This document shows, piece by piece, positions 28,691 to 40,815 of a DNA stretch of 64,000 nucleotides; within the stretch, counting starts at the first letter, position 1, and every line of letters begins with the position of its first letter. The translations under genes and the position numbers were made by a program. Source of the stretch: Octopus sinensis (taxonomy: Eukaryota). The stretch is taken from contig NC_042997.1 of assembly GCF_006345805.1 (NCBI RefSeq), positions 123,628,001 through 123,692,000 on the forward strand, given 5' to 3'. The notes below the pieces were generated by a model. That model was not told where the DNA came from and searched no databases. It saw nothing but the letters and a program-made list of their open reading frames with translations.

Positions 28691-28832
28691 TCACAACAAT
28701 TGTTTCCACACATCTAGCATCCATTCGTCTTGGGTGGGACACTCAATAACTGGTTCAGGAGCATCCGCTGGTGCAGAAGTGTTTCGTCGAGTGATCAATA
28801 AATACAACTCGTTACTCGTTAAACTGACTGTT
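28691..28832 (-). CDS. Candidate terminal coding exon, product unknown
   Basis: Acceptor ..CATTGCAG| followed by the open frame TVSLTSNELYLLITRRNTSAPADAPEPVIECPTQDEWMLDVWKQLL*, with AATAAA 5 nt after the stop. I recognise no homologue. Confidence 0.25.
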
Positions 28833-29014
28833 CTGCAATGTAACTTTCCGTTTTGTAGAAGGAAAAGCAGCCAACCGGAGGAAATAACTTCGTTTATATA
28901 GATCAAAAATAAAATCACAGATGGCAAAAGGAAAAACGAACACGCAATCCAGCGAGAAAAGTATTAAAATTAACCGTTAACAGATATGGATGTATAAACG
29001 CCCTTTATTATTTA

Positions 29015-29755
29015 AAGCATTTCTATCCAAATTCTTTGGACATGTAGGGATAGCACCGATGTTATCAGCTTTTCAGTGACCATCCTTTTGTGAAAGGATG
29101 GTCGAAATCCCTGTTGGTGAAAGAGGGATTTCGATATCCTGCTATCATCTGATATTTTTGCCGAGGTGTATGTTTTTCTGGGATGTTGGACACCAGGAGA
29201 ACAAGCTGTTGCACGGAAATCTCTACTTCTTTAGCATATGGATCTGCCAGATATTTTGACATGATATTAAATAACGATGGGCTTCTGAATCCCAAGCTAT
29301 TGCCTAAAAAATTCTAAATCTAGGCAGTATTCCCGGGACGTTTCAAGGTGTGCATTGCGGCCCAGTTCGGGGATGGTATTACACTCGATGCCAAAGTTTG
29401 GTGCCAAACCCTCCGGGATCTTCCATACGTGCATTATAGCATATCTCGCCCGTCTTCAATCCGGGAAGAACATTCGTAACATTTTCAGGTCTTCTCAGTA
29501 ATGCAATCTTCGGGGTAGAATTGCTAAATCACCTCATAATCCGGTATTAATTTCACACCGTAAGTGGACAAGAATTGTCCACATGGCTGAGGAGAAATGT
29601 TTTCCATTTAACCGGCATAGTTTCTTGGTGATACGCACGTGAAATGTGGCGTTGTTGTGGCATGTTAGCACAAGCTTCATGGCAGGATAGGGCTTGGAAT
29701 TTCCCAACATTTAACTGCACGTCTACTTCTGACAATTCAGGACATCAAGGTTTTC
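29015..29755 (-). mobile_element. CR1/L2-group LINE 3' fragment (RT C-terminal region)
   Basis: QLNVGKFQAL (NxxKFQxL), RRARYAIMHVWKIPEGLAPNFGIE and GFRSPSLFNIMSKYL, with frameshifts and stops. Confidence 0.85.
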
Positions 29756-29778
29756 CTATGTATGAATGTATGTGTATG

Positions 29779-29814
<36 letters not shown>

Positions 29815-29890
29815 ATATAATATATATATAATATATAATATACATATATATATACACATATATATATACATGCATATATATATATATAAT

Positions 29891-29937
<47 letters not shown>

Positions 29938-29940
29938 ATA

Positions 29941-30140
29941 TTGGGTCATCCCATAAATAATGCGTTTTTTTATACTTCTTATATTTTTCAAAATTAAGAT
30001 TAAAGTTCTATTTTAATCTAAAATATACTCTACAATGCTATTCCATCTATCTGGTTTATTTACACGGCTCCCCTTCCAAAATACACTTTTCCGTGACGAA
30101 AGATACTCCTCCAGTACTCTTCTGAACTCGTCTACCCTTC
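29941..30140 (-). mobile_element. Mariner 3' end with TIR
   Basis: TA|TTGGGTCATCCCATAAATAATGCG terminus, and RVDEFRRVLEEYLSSRKSVFWKG...PDRWNSIVEYILD* matches the mariner transposase C-terminus. Confidence 0.8.
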
Positions 30141-30545
30141 CCACTAGCTCTTCACTGAACAGAATCCTCCAGCAGATCATCTCGATCAGCTGCGGTCTTT
30201 GCAGCTCGTGCAGCAGCAGTTCTTGCAGCATTCCTCCTTTGGTGAATTGCATGTTTTTCTTTATTATCTGCAGTTCATGCTGCAGCAGTTGCTGTAGTGT
30301 ACCTTGTATGGTGGATGACACGCTCTTCTTGACTCTGTCTAGCGGGTGCTGCAGCTGTTGATGCTGAATTTCGTTCTAGGCGATTACTCCGCTGCTCATC
30401 GCTTTCCATTGCTCTTGCAATAGCTGCACAGCAATTTCTGTATCCGTAATTGAAGTCTCCAGCGATGATTCTTTATTTCTCTTTTGCAATTTCTCTGCTA
30501 CCTCTGTATTTCGACCTTTGGAGGATCTCTTCATTGGAGACATCT
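30140..30545 (-). mobile_element. Helitron-type RepHel N-terminal relic with three 23-aa STPR-like repeats
   Basis: MSPMKRSSKGRNT, then after a frameshift ESDEQRSNRLERNSASTAAAPAR / QSQEERVIHHTRYTTATAAA*TA / DNKEKHAIHQRRNAARTAAARAA (69-bp period, 30200-30406). Confidence 0.55.
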
Positions 30546-30694
30546 CAAATAATATGACGTACTAAAATTAAATGACAATTCTATGCTAATAATAAAATAT
30601 CACTAAATAGAGGTAAATAATATAAATATCTTATCAAATTTTTAAAAATACATGCAGTGAACTTTTAGGTTAATGTACAGGTGATATGTTGTGC

Positions 30695-30772
30695 GCGGCT
30701 GAAGAAGGCCACAGACATACATTATGCATTGTTATAAATCTGTCTAATAAAGGCCCGAAACACATGTACCGC
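30695..30772 (+). ncRNA. Type I hammerhead ribozyme motif with long stem II
   Basis: GCGG-CUGAAGA-A-GGCC...GGCC-C-GAAAC-ACAU-GUA-CCGC, with an internal ACAGA/UCUGU stem; predicted cleavage after 30768. Confidence 0.7.
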
Positions 30773-30808
30773 TGAATCCTTCGCATCATTGTTATTATTT
30801 ATTTTGAT

Positions 30809-30844
<36 letters not shown>

Positions 30845-30953
30845 TTTATATATAATATATATTGCATGTATAGTAGTATATATATATATCTATGTATATA
30901 TATATATATATATATATATAGATAATATATATATATTATATAATATATATATA

Positions 30954-31002
<49 letters not shown>

Positions 31003-31493
31003 TATAAATGTATAAATTTAACCTTAAAAGTATTTTTTAATATGCTGGCCATTCATAAAATTTTTTCGAAATAATTTTATCGTACATTAGATGTAAATTT
31101 AATAGTCTTCACTTCCGGACTCTCTCACTCTGTGAAAGTTTCTAGTTCGAATCAAACGTGTCCCGAGATGTGCTGGAGATTTTCTATTTTGGATATATTT
31201 GGGGTACTTAGGTCTGCTCAGGACTTAGTGCTTGCTTTTTCCATGAGTATGAGTAAGAATTTCATTTATACCTTACGTATTTAGCGCTGAGGAGGGGAAA
31301 ATTCTTATGAATTAACTCTGAAATTGGGACCAATACGGTAAAAATGTTTTAGAAATTCCTATCGGCTTGTTTCGAGACGCACAAATTATAATGGTTATCG
31401 ACAATTTGTCTTTTTTCGGCGTATTTGGCATTAGAATTTTTCTTTTGCCCTTATTTTATAACTATATATATTATATATATTATATATATATAT

Positions 31494-31646
31494 ATATATT
31501 TGTAAAAAATGAAGTTCGAAAATGCTGCTATATTATACAATTTTTGATTTTTATATATACATTATAACATGTTTATAATGTATATATAGAAATTAAAAAT
31601 TGTAAATATAGCAGCATTTTCGAACTTCATTTTTTACCAATATATA
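31494..31646. repeat. Imperfect hairpin, about 75-bp arms
   Basis: GTAAAAAATGAAGTTCGAAAATGCTGCTATA pairs with TATAGCAGCATTTTCGAACTTCATTTTTTAC, with several mismatches. Confidence 0.9.
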
Positions 31647-31681
31647 CCTACTCGTTATACGAGCTAATCCTATTATAAATA

Positions 31682-31729
<48 letters not shown>

Positions 31730-31900
31730 ATGCTAATAATAATTATATTAGGGAATATAACTCCAAAAACATATCACATAAGTACAAAAGTACTTATGCG
31801 TGTACTATTTTGATCTAGATAAACGTTTAATCATATTTAATTATATTTATGTTTATGTCTATCATTGTTTGAATTACGTTATAGTGGTTCTTCTCTAATT

Positions 31901-32015
<115 letters not shown>

Positions 32016-32300
32016 GTGTGTGTGTGTGGTGTGTGTGTGTGTGTGTATGTATATATACATATATGCAAAATGCAAAATACGAGGGTTTCGTTCGCAGTTG
32101 ATCTAAAAGACTAGGTACACTAGTTAAGTGCGTTAAGGGATTACTAGCGCTCAGAGATTATAGCCGAGAAGGTAGTTATAGAGACATAATAGATTTCTGA
32201 TATAGCGGATATATAATTGTTAAAGAGCGCAACAAATGTTAGGGCAAAGTTAACATCTCAAGTTATATACATTAGTACGATTGTAAAAAACTTTTCAAAG

Positions 32301-32623
32301 GCTTACAGCTGTTTATGGGATGTTCCAGAGTAGATATCGGAGACAACGTATGCTAAGCAACTATCGCTGCATGATCTACAGAGAATGATGAATAATGTGC
32401 AATACGCATACAGGGAATCCTGCAGCAACTGTTGCTGCAAGAGCTGCAGAGACCGCATTAGATTCGCTTTCATCAACTCCTTATTCCTTTATTCCTGTCC
32501 TCTATATCGTCATTTCATGAATCTATATCCTCCTTGTTTTTCCTATTTGTCTCCGATGACGGAATATCCCATACTCTGGGAAGTCCCAAAAACAGTTGCA
32601 AGACTTTGAAACAGCTGTAAGAC
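32301..32623. mobile_element. Inverted pair of decayed CCGAUGA-type hammerhead repeats (minus 32301-32344, plus 32549-32623) enclosing an STPR-like fragment
   Basis: GTCTCCGAT...AAACAGCTGTAAG is present in both orientations and belongs to the same family as 15044-15090. The insert at about 32365-32465 resembles 30200-30300. Confidence 0.65.
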
Positions 32624-32993
32624 CGTGTGTATCTTAATAGTGATTTACTGTTGGTTTGGGGGCGGTGGCTCCGATTTTAGCAAGAGGTATTTAAATACCA
32701 CACTGATTCTAAGTTTAGTTTATAGACTTGCTAGCCACCTTATTATTATCATTCAACACGTGCAGTACTTCAAAATGCTTTGTTCAAAATGTATGTGCCT
32801 CACAATCTTCACGAATACATCGCTTTTCAACCGGAAGAACTTGATAAAGCTACTAGTGAGCATGACACTACCTGGATCAATAATCTTCTAGCAATAGACA
32901 AATATTTTATAGAATGACCCAACAAATTAATACAGTAGGCAGAATGGCATCAATATATATATATATGTATATATATATTATATGTATGTGTGT

Positions 32994-32999
<6 letters not shown>

Positions 33000-33024
<25 letters not shown>

Positions 33025-34935
33025 GTATTTAATTTTGTTTTAATAGGAGTGTTTATGTATATGAGATTGTGTGCGAGGTTTTAGTTGTATAATTTATTTA
33101 TCTGTATGAGTGTGGGGTGTAAAATATTGTTGTATATATTGAGTTTAGTGAGTATGTATATGCGTATATGTGAGGGAGTATAGTATCTGTTGTGTTGTGT
33201 GTGTTTTGCGTGTGTGTGTGTTTGTGTGTGAATGTGTATATGGGGTTGTTATTTAGGTTTTGGGATGTATGAGTTAATTTGTCTGTGTGGGAGGGAGTGG
33301 TTTTGGTGTATATGGAGGTTTATAAGTTAGTTTAGGTATGTGTATAAGTCGTGGGTCTGTGGTTTACGTGTGTGTTTGTGTGTGAATGTTTAGGTTTGGG
33401 GGGGATTACTATATAGGTTTGTTATAGAGTTTAGCAAAGGAGATTTTATCGTTATATGTTTTTTAAGAGTTTTGGTTTATCATGGTTTTTTTTAGGGAAT
33501 TCGTAGTAATTTGTCTTTTTTCGATGTTGGTTGTTTTATTATATTGTTTCATTCATAATTTTTGAGTGGTGTTCGTTTTGCCACGTGAATTTTATTGTTA
33601 ATTCCATTTCTTCCATTTCTCCATTCATTAATTTAGAGATGTTCGTTTCCAGAGCGGTTATACTTTTTATATATGTGTTAAGTTCTTTGGTAAAGTAATT
33701 TTGTTTGGTGTATATGTTGAGGCTTATATGTACTTGTGGGTGTGTGTGAGTGGGGTGGGAGTTTTATTTGTTATGGGTGTGTGGTTTACGAGTGGTTTTG
33801 TGTGTGAATGCATTGGTTAAAGGAATTGCTATATAGTTGTTTTAGTGTTTAGTAAAGGGAGGTTTTATCATTTCGTTTTGGTGAGTTTTAGCTTATCATG
33901 GTAGTTTTATAAAAGAATCCATTCATATTTTTGTGTTTATTGTCTGTGTGGGGTTGAGTGGGTTTTGGAGTATATGTTGAGGTTTATATGTATGTATTGG
34001 TATGTGTAAGAGGTGTGGGTATTTGTATATGTCGTGGGTGTGTAGTTTACGTGTGTGTATTTGTGTGTGAATGTTTAGGTTAGGGGGATTGCTATATAGG
34101 TTTGTTATAGAGTTTAGTAAGGGAGATTTTATCATTATATGTTTTTATGAGTTTTTGGTTATCATGGTAGGTTTGATAAGGAATTTGTAGTAATTTGCGT
34201 CTATTTGCGATGTCTGTTGTTTTATTGCATTGTTTCATTCATAATTTTTAAGTAGTGTTCGTTTTACCAAGTGAATATAATTTTTTAATTCCATTTATTC
34301 TATTTCTCCGTTCATAGTTTTGAGTGATTCCATTTTCTAGAGTGTGAATGAATGTGGGTTGTATGTGTGTGTGGTGTGGGAGTATGAATAAGTATTGTGT
34401 TGAAGTATTTAGCTATTTTATTTATTTATAGTTGCCTAGACATTTTTTGTGTATGTATAGGGATATATATATAGGTGTGGGATTTAGTGTATTAGTTAGA
34501 TATGGTTATATATAATTAGGTATATGCGTATGGTGTGTATATAGTTTAATATTATTTATTTTTATTTTTTTTTTTGTTTTGTTTATATTTTATATTTTAT
34601 ATTTTATATTTTATATTTTATATTTTATATTTAATTGTTGATAGGTTTTTTAGTTTATATATTGTTTATATATTGATTATATATGGATTATAGATAGGTT
34701 ATATATGGATTATATACTTATATTTTTTTCATTCATACTTTAATTATTTTAAAATTATTATTTTATTTTTTAAAATATTGATTTTTTAGATTGGAAGTCC
34801 ACCTGAAGATTGTCGATCACCAAGAAACGATTGTAGTGGCGGTTTTTTTTGACTATTTATTAAAATTTATGTATTGATTAGTCTTTCCTTGTTTGTTTTT
34901 GCAAAATAGTGGTTTTTGTCTCGAATAATATTTTA
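33000..34935 (-). mobile_element. Probable PLE 5' region with about 2.5 diverged internal tandem copies and a terminal repeat carrying a plus-strand hammerhead
   Basis: The GT-rich plus strand repeats at about 33300-33700, 33700-33925 (partial) and 33960-34345. The minus strand reads ELNTYIKSITALET...KFTWQNEHHSKIMNETI. PLE identity is inferred from the hammerhead-bearing end. Confidence 0.5.
34799..34839 (+). ncRNA. Type I hammerhead ribozyme motif
   Basis: CCAC-CUGAAGA-UUG(UCGAUCAC)CAA-GAAAC-GAUU-GUA-GUGG: canonical core, 4-bp stem I, predicted cleavage after 34835. Confidence 0.7.
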
Positions 34936-35576
34936 TATATATATATATATATATATAATAGGGGGAGTGTCTGTGTGTCTATCTCTCTGTCTGTCTCCTC
35001 GCTTTCTCTCTCTCTCTCTTCTCCCTGTGTATATGTATCCACACACACACACACACACACACAACATATATATATATATATATATATCTATATATATATA
35101 TATATATATATATGATGGATATTTTGTTTTTGGAATGATGTAGATTAGCGCGTATATCCTACACAAAAAAGATTTAAACAGAATGAGAAATATTTCTTCC
35201 GTTTGCACGACCTTATTACAAGTTCACTTTCCCTATCAATAACAGGAAATTACTAAACGCCTTTCATCGTAAAAAAACATCTCTATTTATTAGGAGAAAG
35301 TTTACTTTGTCAATTGTGAGGTTATCAAAAATATAGAAATCCTATTTTACGTTAATAGGACTTGGGATATTCTTCAAAAGCATCTAAATTAGAAGCGCAT
35401 TCAAAGAGAGACAGCAGGAGTGCACATAAGTGACAGTATTTTAGTCAAGCTCACATATATGTGTGCGTTTGTGTGTGCGTGTACGAGTTTGAATGTATGT
35501 ATGTGTATGCATATATATACATATACACACACATTTAAACATACATATATTTATATATACGTACACACACACACAC

Positions 35577-35617
<41 letters not shown>

Positions 35618-35631
35618 ATATAATATATGCA

Positions 35632-35775
35632 CATTGCCAACCACATAGTTCCAAGTTCAATCTCACCATCTCACTGCGTAGCACTTTGGGCTAGTGTTTT
35701 CTACTATAGCCTCGGGTCGACTAAAGCCTTGTGAGTGTATTTGGTAGACGATGCGAAAAGAAGCCCGTCGTATAT
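35632..35775 (+). mobile_element. SINE family A, 5' half fragment
   Basis: CAACCACATAGTTCC...CTACTATAGCCTCGGG...AAGAAGCCCGTCGTATA. Confidence 0.8.
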
Positions 35776-35865
35776 AAACACACACACACACACATTATAT
35801 ATATATATAATATATATATATATATTATTATATATATATAATATATATACATATATATATGTATG

Positions 35866-35908
<43 letters not shown>

Positions 35909-36278
35909 AACTAAATAAGACGGTCATATGAGGACAGTGATACTATTGTTTTTGCGCAAGTAAGACATCTCCTCCAGCTGATCAATCACACAAAGTCTGT
36001 GTCCCATTAGTATTTGCGAGGGAAGTCATGGCTTCCATCTCTAACCTTACGTGATTCACATGGACCCGGGGTTGTGGGTGGTTACCCATCTTCATTGTGT
36101 GTTACGTACCTAGTTATGAAGATCACATTCCTCTCGCAAAATGATATATCCACATTTACTTGGCAAATATATTTTAAGATTCCGTAGTGTTACTGGTTTC
36201 TCTGTCTGTTTACGAGATCAGTGACAGTGTATCATTAAAAAATGATATGGTGTATATATAATATATGTATAATATGTC

Positions 36279-36368
<90 letters not shown>

Positions 36369-36436
36369 GTATCTATATATCTATCTATCTAACTTGGATA
36401 TCCTTGTTGCTTATTTTGATTATTTATATATATATA

Positions 36437-36489
<53 letters not shown>

Positions 36490-37149
36490 GTAAATATATA
36501 CATACAAACATTCATACAAGCAAACACCTTCCTTACAAATATACACAGAATTGTTGCGCTCATACACAATTTCTATTCTAGCATGACACACACAGTATAT
36601 ACCAGTATATACCTTACACAACAAATCTCTAAAAACAACTAATACGTCGCTGGCACATGGGCCTAAACATATATGATTTTTCATTTACACGCAGTCACAT
36701 CGTCAAGACATTTGCTTATACCTTTATACGCAACAGCAATTGAATGCACGAGCTATGTATTAAACCGTAATGCTAATCCAGAGCAAACCAGTTTTACTAA
36801 ACTCCATAGCAGCTAGATCATCAAAGGTCATGACAGCGCGCTTTACACGGGGGGGATGAGGAGCTCTCTAATACGCCGAACATTTGTCAGAACACAGTCC
36901 ATTGATATCCACAATCATAGATTCTTCTGGATTAAATATCCTTTTTGTGAAGAGAACACTGGATTATATTGTATAAAATCAATGCAGATCAAAGTGCACT
37001 GGATTATGAGATGAATTGTAATCATTCTAATAATGGATAATAATGGTTGGAGAAATAATAGTGCAAAAATTAAATCGCTTAACTTTTATTTTAATATTTT
37101 ATTTTATTTTATTATATTTATTTTACTAAGTTATATATTTATATATTTC

Positions 37150-37345
37150 AATTATTACGCTGCGGTTTCAATGGCAACTCCTTGAAGTGTTTAGCTGTGC
37201 AAATTGATGTGTTCCTAAAGCCTGCTATTTATTTTATCGGATACTTTTGCTGAAACACTAAATTACGAGGAGGTTAAGAAAACAAAACCAGTTGTCACGG
37301 AGGTAGGGACACGGACATAAAGACACATTCATAGATATATGCACA
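37150..37345 (-). mobile_element. Old SINE family A-related 3' fragment
   Basis: Degenerate match to the TTTTGCCGAACCGCTAAGTTACGGGG...CCGGTTGTC segment. Confidence 0.45.
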
Positions 37346-38035
37346 TACAAACAAAAGAAGTCGGGCAGCGTTTAAGCTGGCTCCTGTGGATGGCTTTTCA
37401 TTGACCCTTGTGCCCAGCAATTACACTTCATGCATTGAGTACATATCAAATTTTATTAAACTTGATTAGTATTTTTCAAGCAATGAACAATATAAATTAA
37501 AACAATGGTATCATTTGTCGACTTGGAACTTATCACAAAGCTACAAGATAAAACTTTTTTGTCATCCCATTCGGGGGTCAGTCCATTTTTTTCAGTCTAA
37601 CCTCTTTCTTTCTCTCACTCACTCTCTGTCTCTCTATCTCTCACTCCCTTTCCGTTCATTGTTTTCAACCATCACCATCACCAGTACAAAAAACGTCGCC
37701 ACAACAACTGCCATACACACACCATTCATACTTCTCACGTTACCACCTCAATACCTTTGACTTCGTCGCCTTCCACTACACCAGCATCACAACTGTCTTT
37801 CACATCGTTTCACCACCACCACCACCACCACCATCACCGTCGCCTAACCCTGTATCACAAATACAGCTCACAGTATTACTATCACCCCATTATTATCACA
37901 ACCGTCAATTTACTACCACCCTCACAGTCTCTATGCCTACAATCCAGCAGCAGGAATAGTAGACGTGTCATTGGATAGTGAGTGAGAGGGGTTCAAATTG
38001 TGACACACACGCAGAAATTAGATTTGGCATTTATC

Positions 38036-38072
<37 letters not shown>

Positions 38073-38101
38073 CGTGTGTGTGTGTGTGTGTGTATGTATG
38101 T

Positions 38102-38300
38102 ATATATCTGTAAAAGTAATATGTGAGAATTATTCGGTAGCCATGATAAAACTTTCGGATGCAGAGGTGAAAATCCACGCCGCCATGTCTTCAGTCATCC
38201 GGCCAAGAGATGGCGCCGTGGATTTCCACCTCGGCATCCGAAATTCGGAGTTTTATCATGGCTACCGAATAATTGTCATATATTACCTTTACAGATATAT
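38102..38300. repeat. Fold-back element (about 88-bp arms, about 13-bp spacer) containing a split hammerhead
   Basis: The arms are about 90% complementary. The minus strand reads GAUGA-CUGAAGA-...-CCGAAA-GUU-UUAUC (38145-38199). Confidence 0.85.
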
Positions 38301-38369
38301 TCTCTGTTTACATAATATTGAGGTGTCTTTCATTCTTTTGTAATCTTACCATTTATATATATATATATA

Positions 38370-38415
<46 letters not shown>

Positions 38416-39406
38416 CGTAGAGAGGGTACCAGAAGAAATACATGCATATAATGCCCATTTGCATGTATATTACAGGGTTCATTATTCCAGTTTGTCATTC
38501 AGAATGCAGTGTAAATAGATCTGAATAGATTACTGTTAGTTATACAGCATTTCCAGTAAAATAACTATCGATTAGACGGTGTATACATGCGTGAATTGTG
38601 TATGAATATGTACACAAATACATATGTATTTACATAAATATATACACATATATATGTGTGTATATGTGTGCTCCTATGTACTTAGATATGCACTTATATA
38701 CACGCATACACACACAGACACACTCAGACTCATACACACATATATGTGTATGCATTGGTTTGTGTGTTTAATTGTATGCTCATGTAAGCTTATACCCCAA
38801 GCAGAGCGTTTAAAGAAAAAAAATTGCTGAATTAATTAGGCATTGTTTAGAAGAGAATTGACAATTAGATGAATCGTTGGGAATATGGATTACAGAAAAT
38901 GTCATTATTGAGATGGAAGCAACATGCCAGTACAGTTACATAACTATGCCGTCTATTTGGTATTGCACTGAATTAATACAATATAACAATTACGAGTTTG
39001 ATATATATATATATACATACATACATATATGTGTATATATATATAATATATATATAATATATATATATATATAATATGATATATATATATATATATAATA
39101 TATATATATGTATATATATATATACTTATAATAATATATATATATACATATATACATACATATATATATATATATGTTGTGTGTGTGTGTGTGTATGTAT
39201 ATAATCTATTGTGTGTGCACGCGTGTGAGAGAGTTTTTGTGTGTGTGTGTGCGTGTGTGTCTGTCTGCGTATCTGTTGTCTGTATGTATGTATGTGTGTG
39301 TCTATACCTTAAAACATATATGTTTCAATGTTAACGTGTGGTTACAGATGATTACATGAACATACTGACGTTGATGCAAACGACTTGGCGCGCACACATC
39401 TGTATA

Positions 39407-39669
39407 CGTATAGTCTGAGCAATAAGTACCCGGACTGTTTGTATAATAACGAAGCTTTAGCACACAGAGTAATGCCGCTCGGCACAGATTGACCATGAAC
39501 TCTGCCGTGCATGTGCACTAAGCCTTAACGTTCTAACTCATTGCCGCTGTTTGCAGCAGTCCTTTGAATGAAGTTGTGTAACGTGTGATCGTCGCGTGGG
39601 ACATGACAGACAAAGTTGAGCAGATAATCGACATCAAATTTTGTCAAAGGCTTCGCGATACCTGCTCAG
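39407..39669 (+). mobile_element. Mariner 5' end fragment
   Basis: TA|CG..GTCTGAGCAATAAGTACCCGGACTG TIR; ATG at 39603 gives MTDKVEQIIDIKFCQRLRDTCS. Confidence 0.8.
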
Positions 39670-40280
39670 TTTCCAAAAAGTTTTCATTGTTCTTGACACA
39701 ATCAAGGTGACCTTGTGCTACTGTAATCAGAGTAGTGTATACTTTTAGTCAGCTGAAAGCAGTTTTGGCAAACATTTGGCAGAGACGCGGCTCATACATA
39801 AATCTTCACTAATAATGGACTAAACTGACCTGTAACTAATTTGCACATCCTCTGATAACTCACGGATGGGGATTCAAACACTTCCCCCTCACATCTGCGA
39901 TATTTTCTCAGTTCTGCTGGTTGCGGCTCGCCGAATGTTCGTCAATATCGACAATTTTTTGCCCATCTTGGACATGTCTAAACCACTGATAAACTTGTGT
40001 GTTGTTCAAACATTCCTCTCCATACACTTTCTTCAAATTTGTGTAGGCCTCTGACCAGGTATCATAACGACAACTTTCTCTCTTATGGTCAATGTGACGA
40101 TCACACGTTACATACCTTCATTTCAAGCACTTCAGTAAACAGCGAAAGTGATCCACAATGTTAAAACTTAGTGCGCATGTACAACAGTGTTCAAGGTTCA
40201 TCTCCATCAAGCAGCTTCACTCTGCGTGCTTTAGCATCTTTACTGTGGCAACAATCCTGATCCTTATAGATCAGATTTCG
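39670..40280 (-). mobile_element. Mariner 5' half, decayed
   Basis: TIR-like CGAAATCTGATCTATAAGGATCAGGAT. The coding relic aligns with the N-terminal half of the 59299-60576 element (YQWFRHVQDG, RVSAKCLPKLLSAD). Confidence 0.8.
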
Positions 40281-40401
40281 TGTTTATGAAAATTCCTCTT
40301 TTATGATGCATATCCTGTTTTTTCATATGCATGTATATATATGCATGGATGTGTGTGTTTGCACGCGCCTGTGTGTGTCTGTGTGTGAGTGTGTGTGTGT
40401 A

Positions 40402-40438
<37 letters not shown>

Positions 40439-40489
40439 ATATATATACATACATTTATATGTGCGTTTGTGTGTACGTGTGTGTATATA

Positions 40490-40650
40490 TGTGGCTGTGT
40501 GGTAAGAAGCTCGCTTCCCAATAACATGATTCCGGCTTAGGTCCCACTGCGTGTCACTTCGAGAAAGTGTCTTCTGCTATAGCTTCGGGGCGACCAAAAA
40601 TTTGAGAGTGGATTTGGTAGATGGAAACTGAAAGACGCCCACCGTATACA
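40490..40650 (+). mobile_element. SINE family A, 5' half
   Basis: GTGGCTGTGTGGTAAGAAGC...GGAAACTGAAAGACGCCC followed by (TA)n. Confidence 0.8.
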
Positions 40651-40677
40651 TATGTATATATATATATATATATATAC

Positions 40678-40815
40678 AGGAGTAAACACATAAATGTGAA
40701 ACAAGGTGGAAAAAAGAGTACTGAAATACCAGGGGTAGATTAATATGCTTTATTTAAAAGCAGCAGAAATTCAACAAAACAGGTTTTGTTGAATTTCTGC
40801 TGCATTTAAATAAAG
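40678..40815. repeat. Short element with a 33-bp-arm hairpin (40748-40815) and one-sided tail, between (TA)n tracts
   Basis: CTTTATTTAAAAGCAGCAGAAATTCAACAAAAC-AG-GTTTTGTTGAATTTCTGCTGCATTTAAATAAAG, 1 mismatch. Confidence 0.9.

Noticed and set aside
31100-31450. Faint PLE ORF traces (also about 43150-43500 and 44160-44700)
   Set aside because: Motif resemblance is too weak to list as features.
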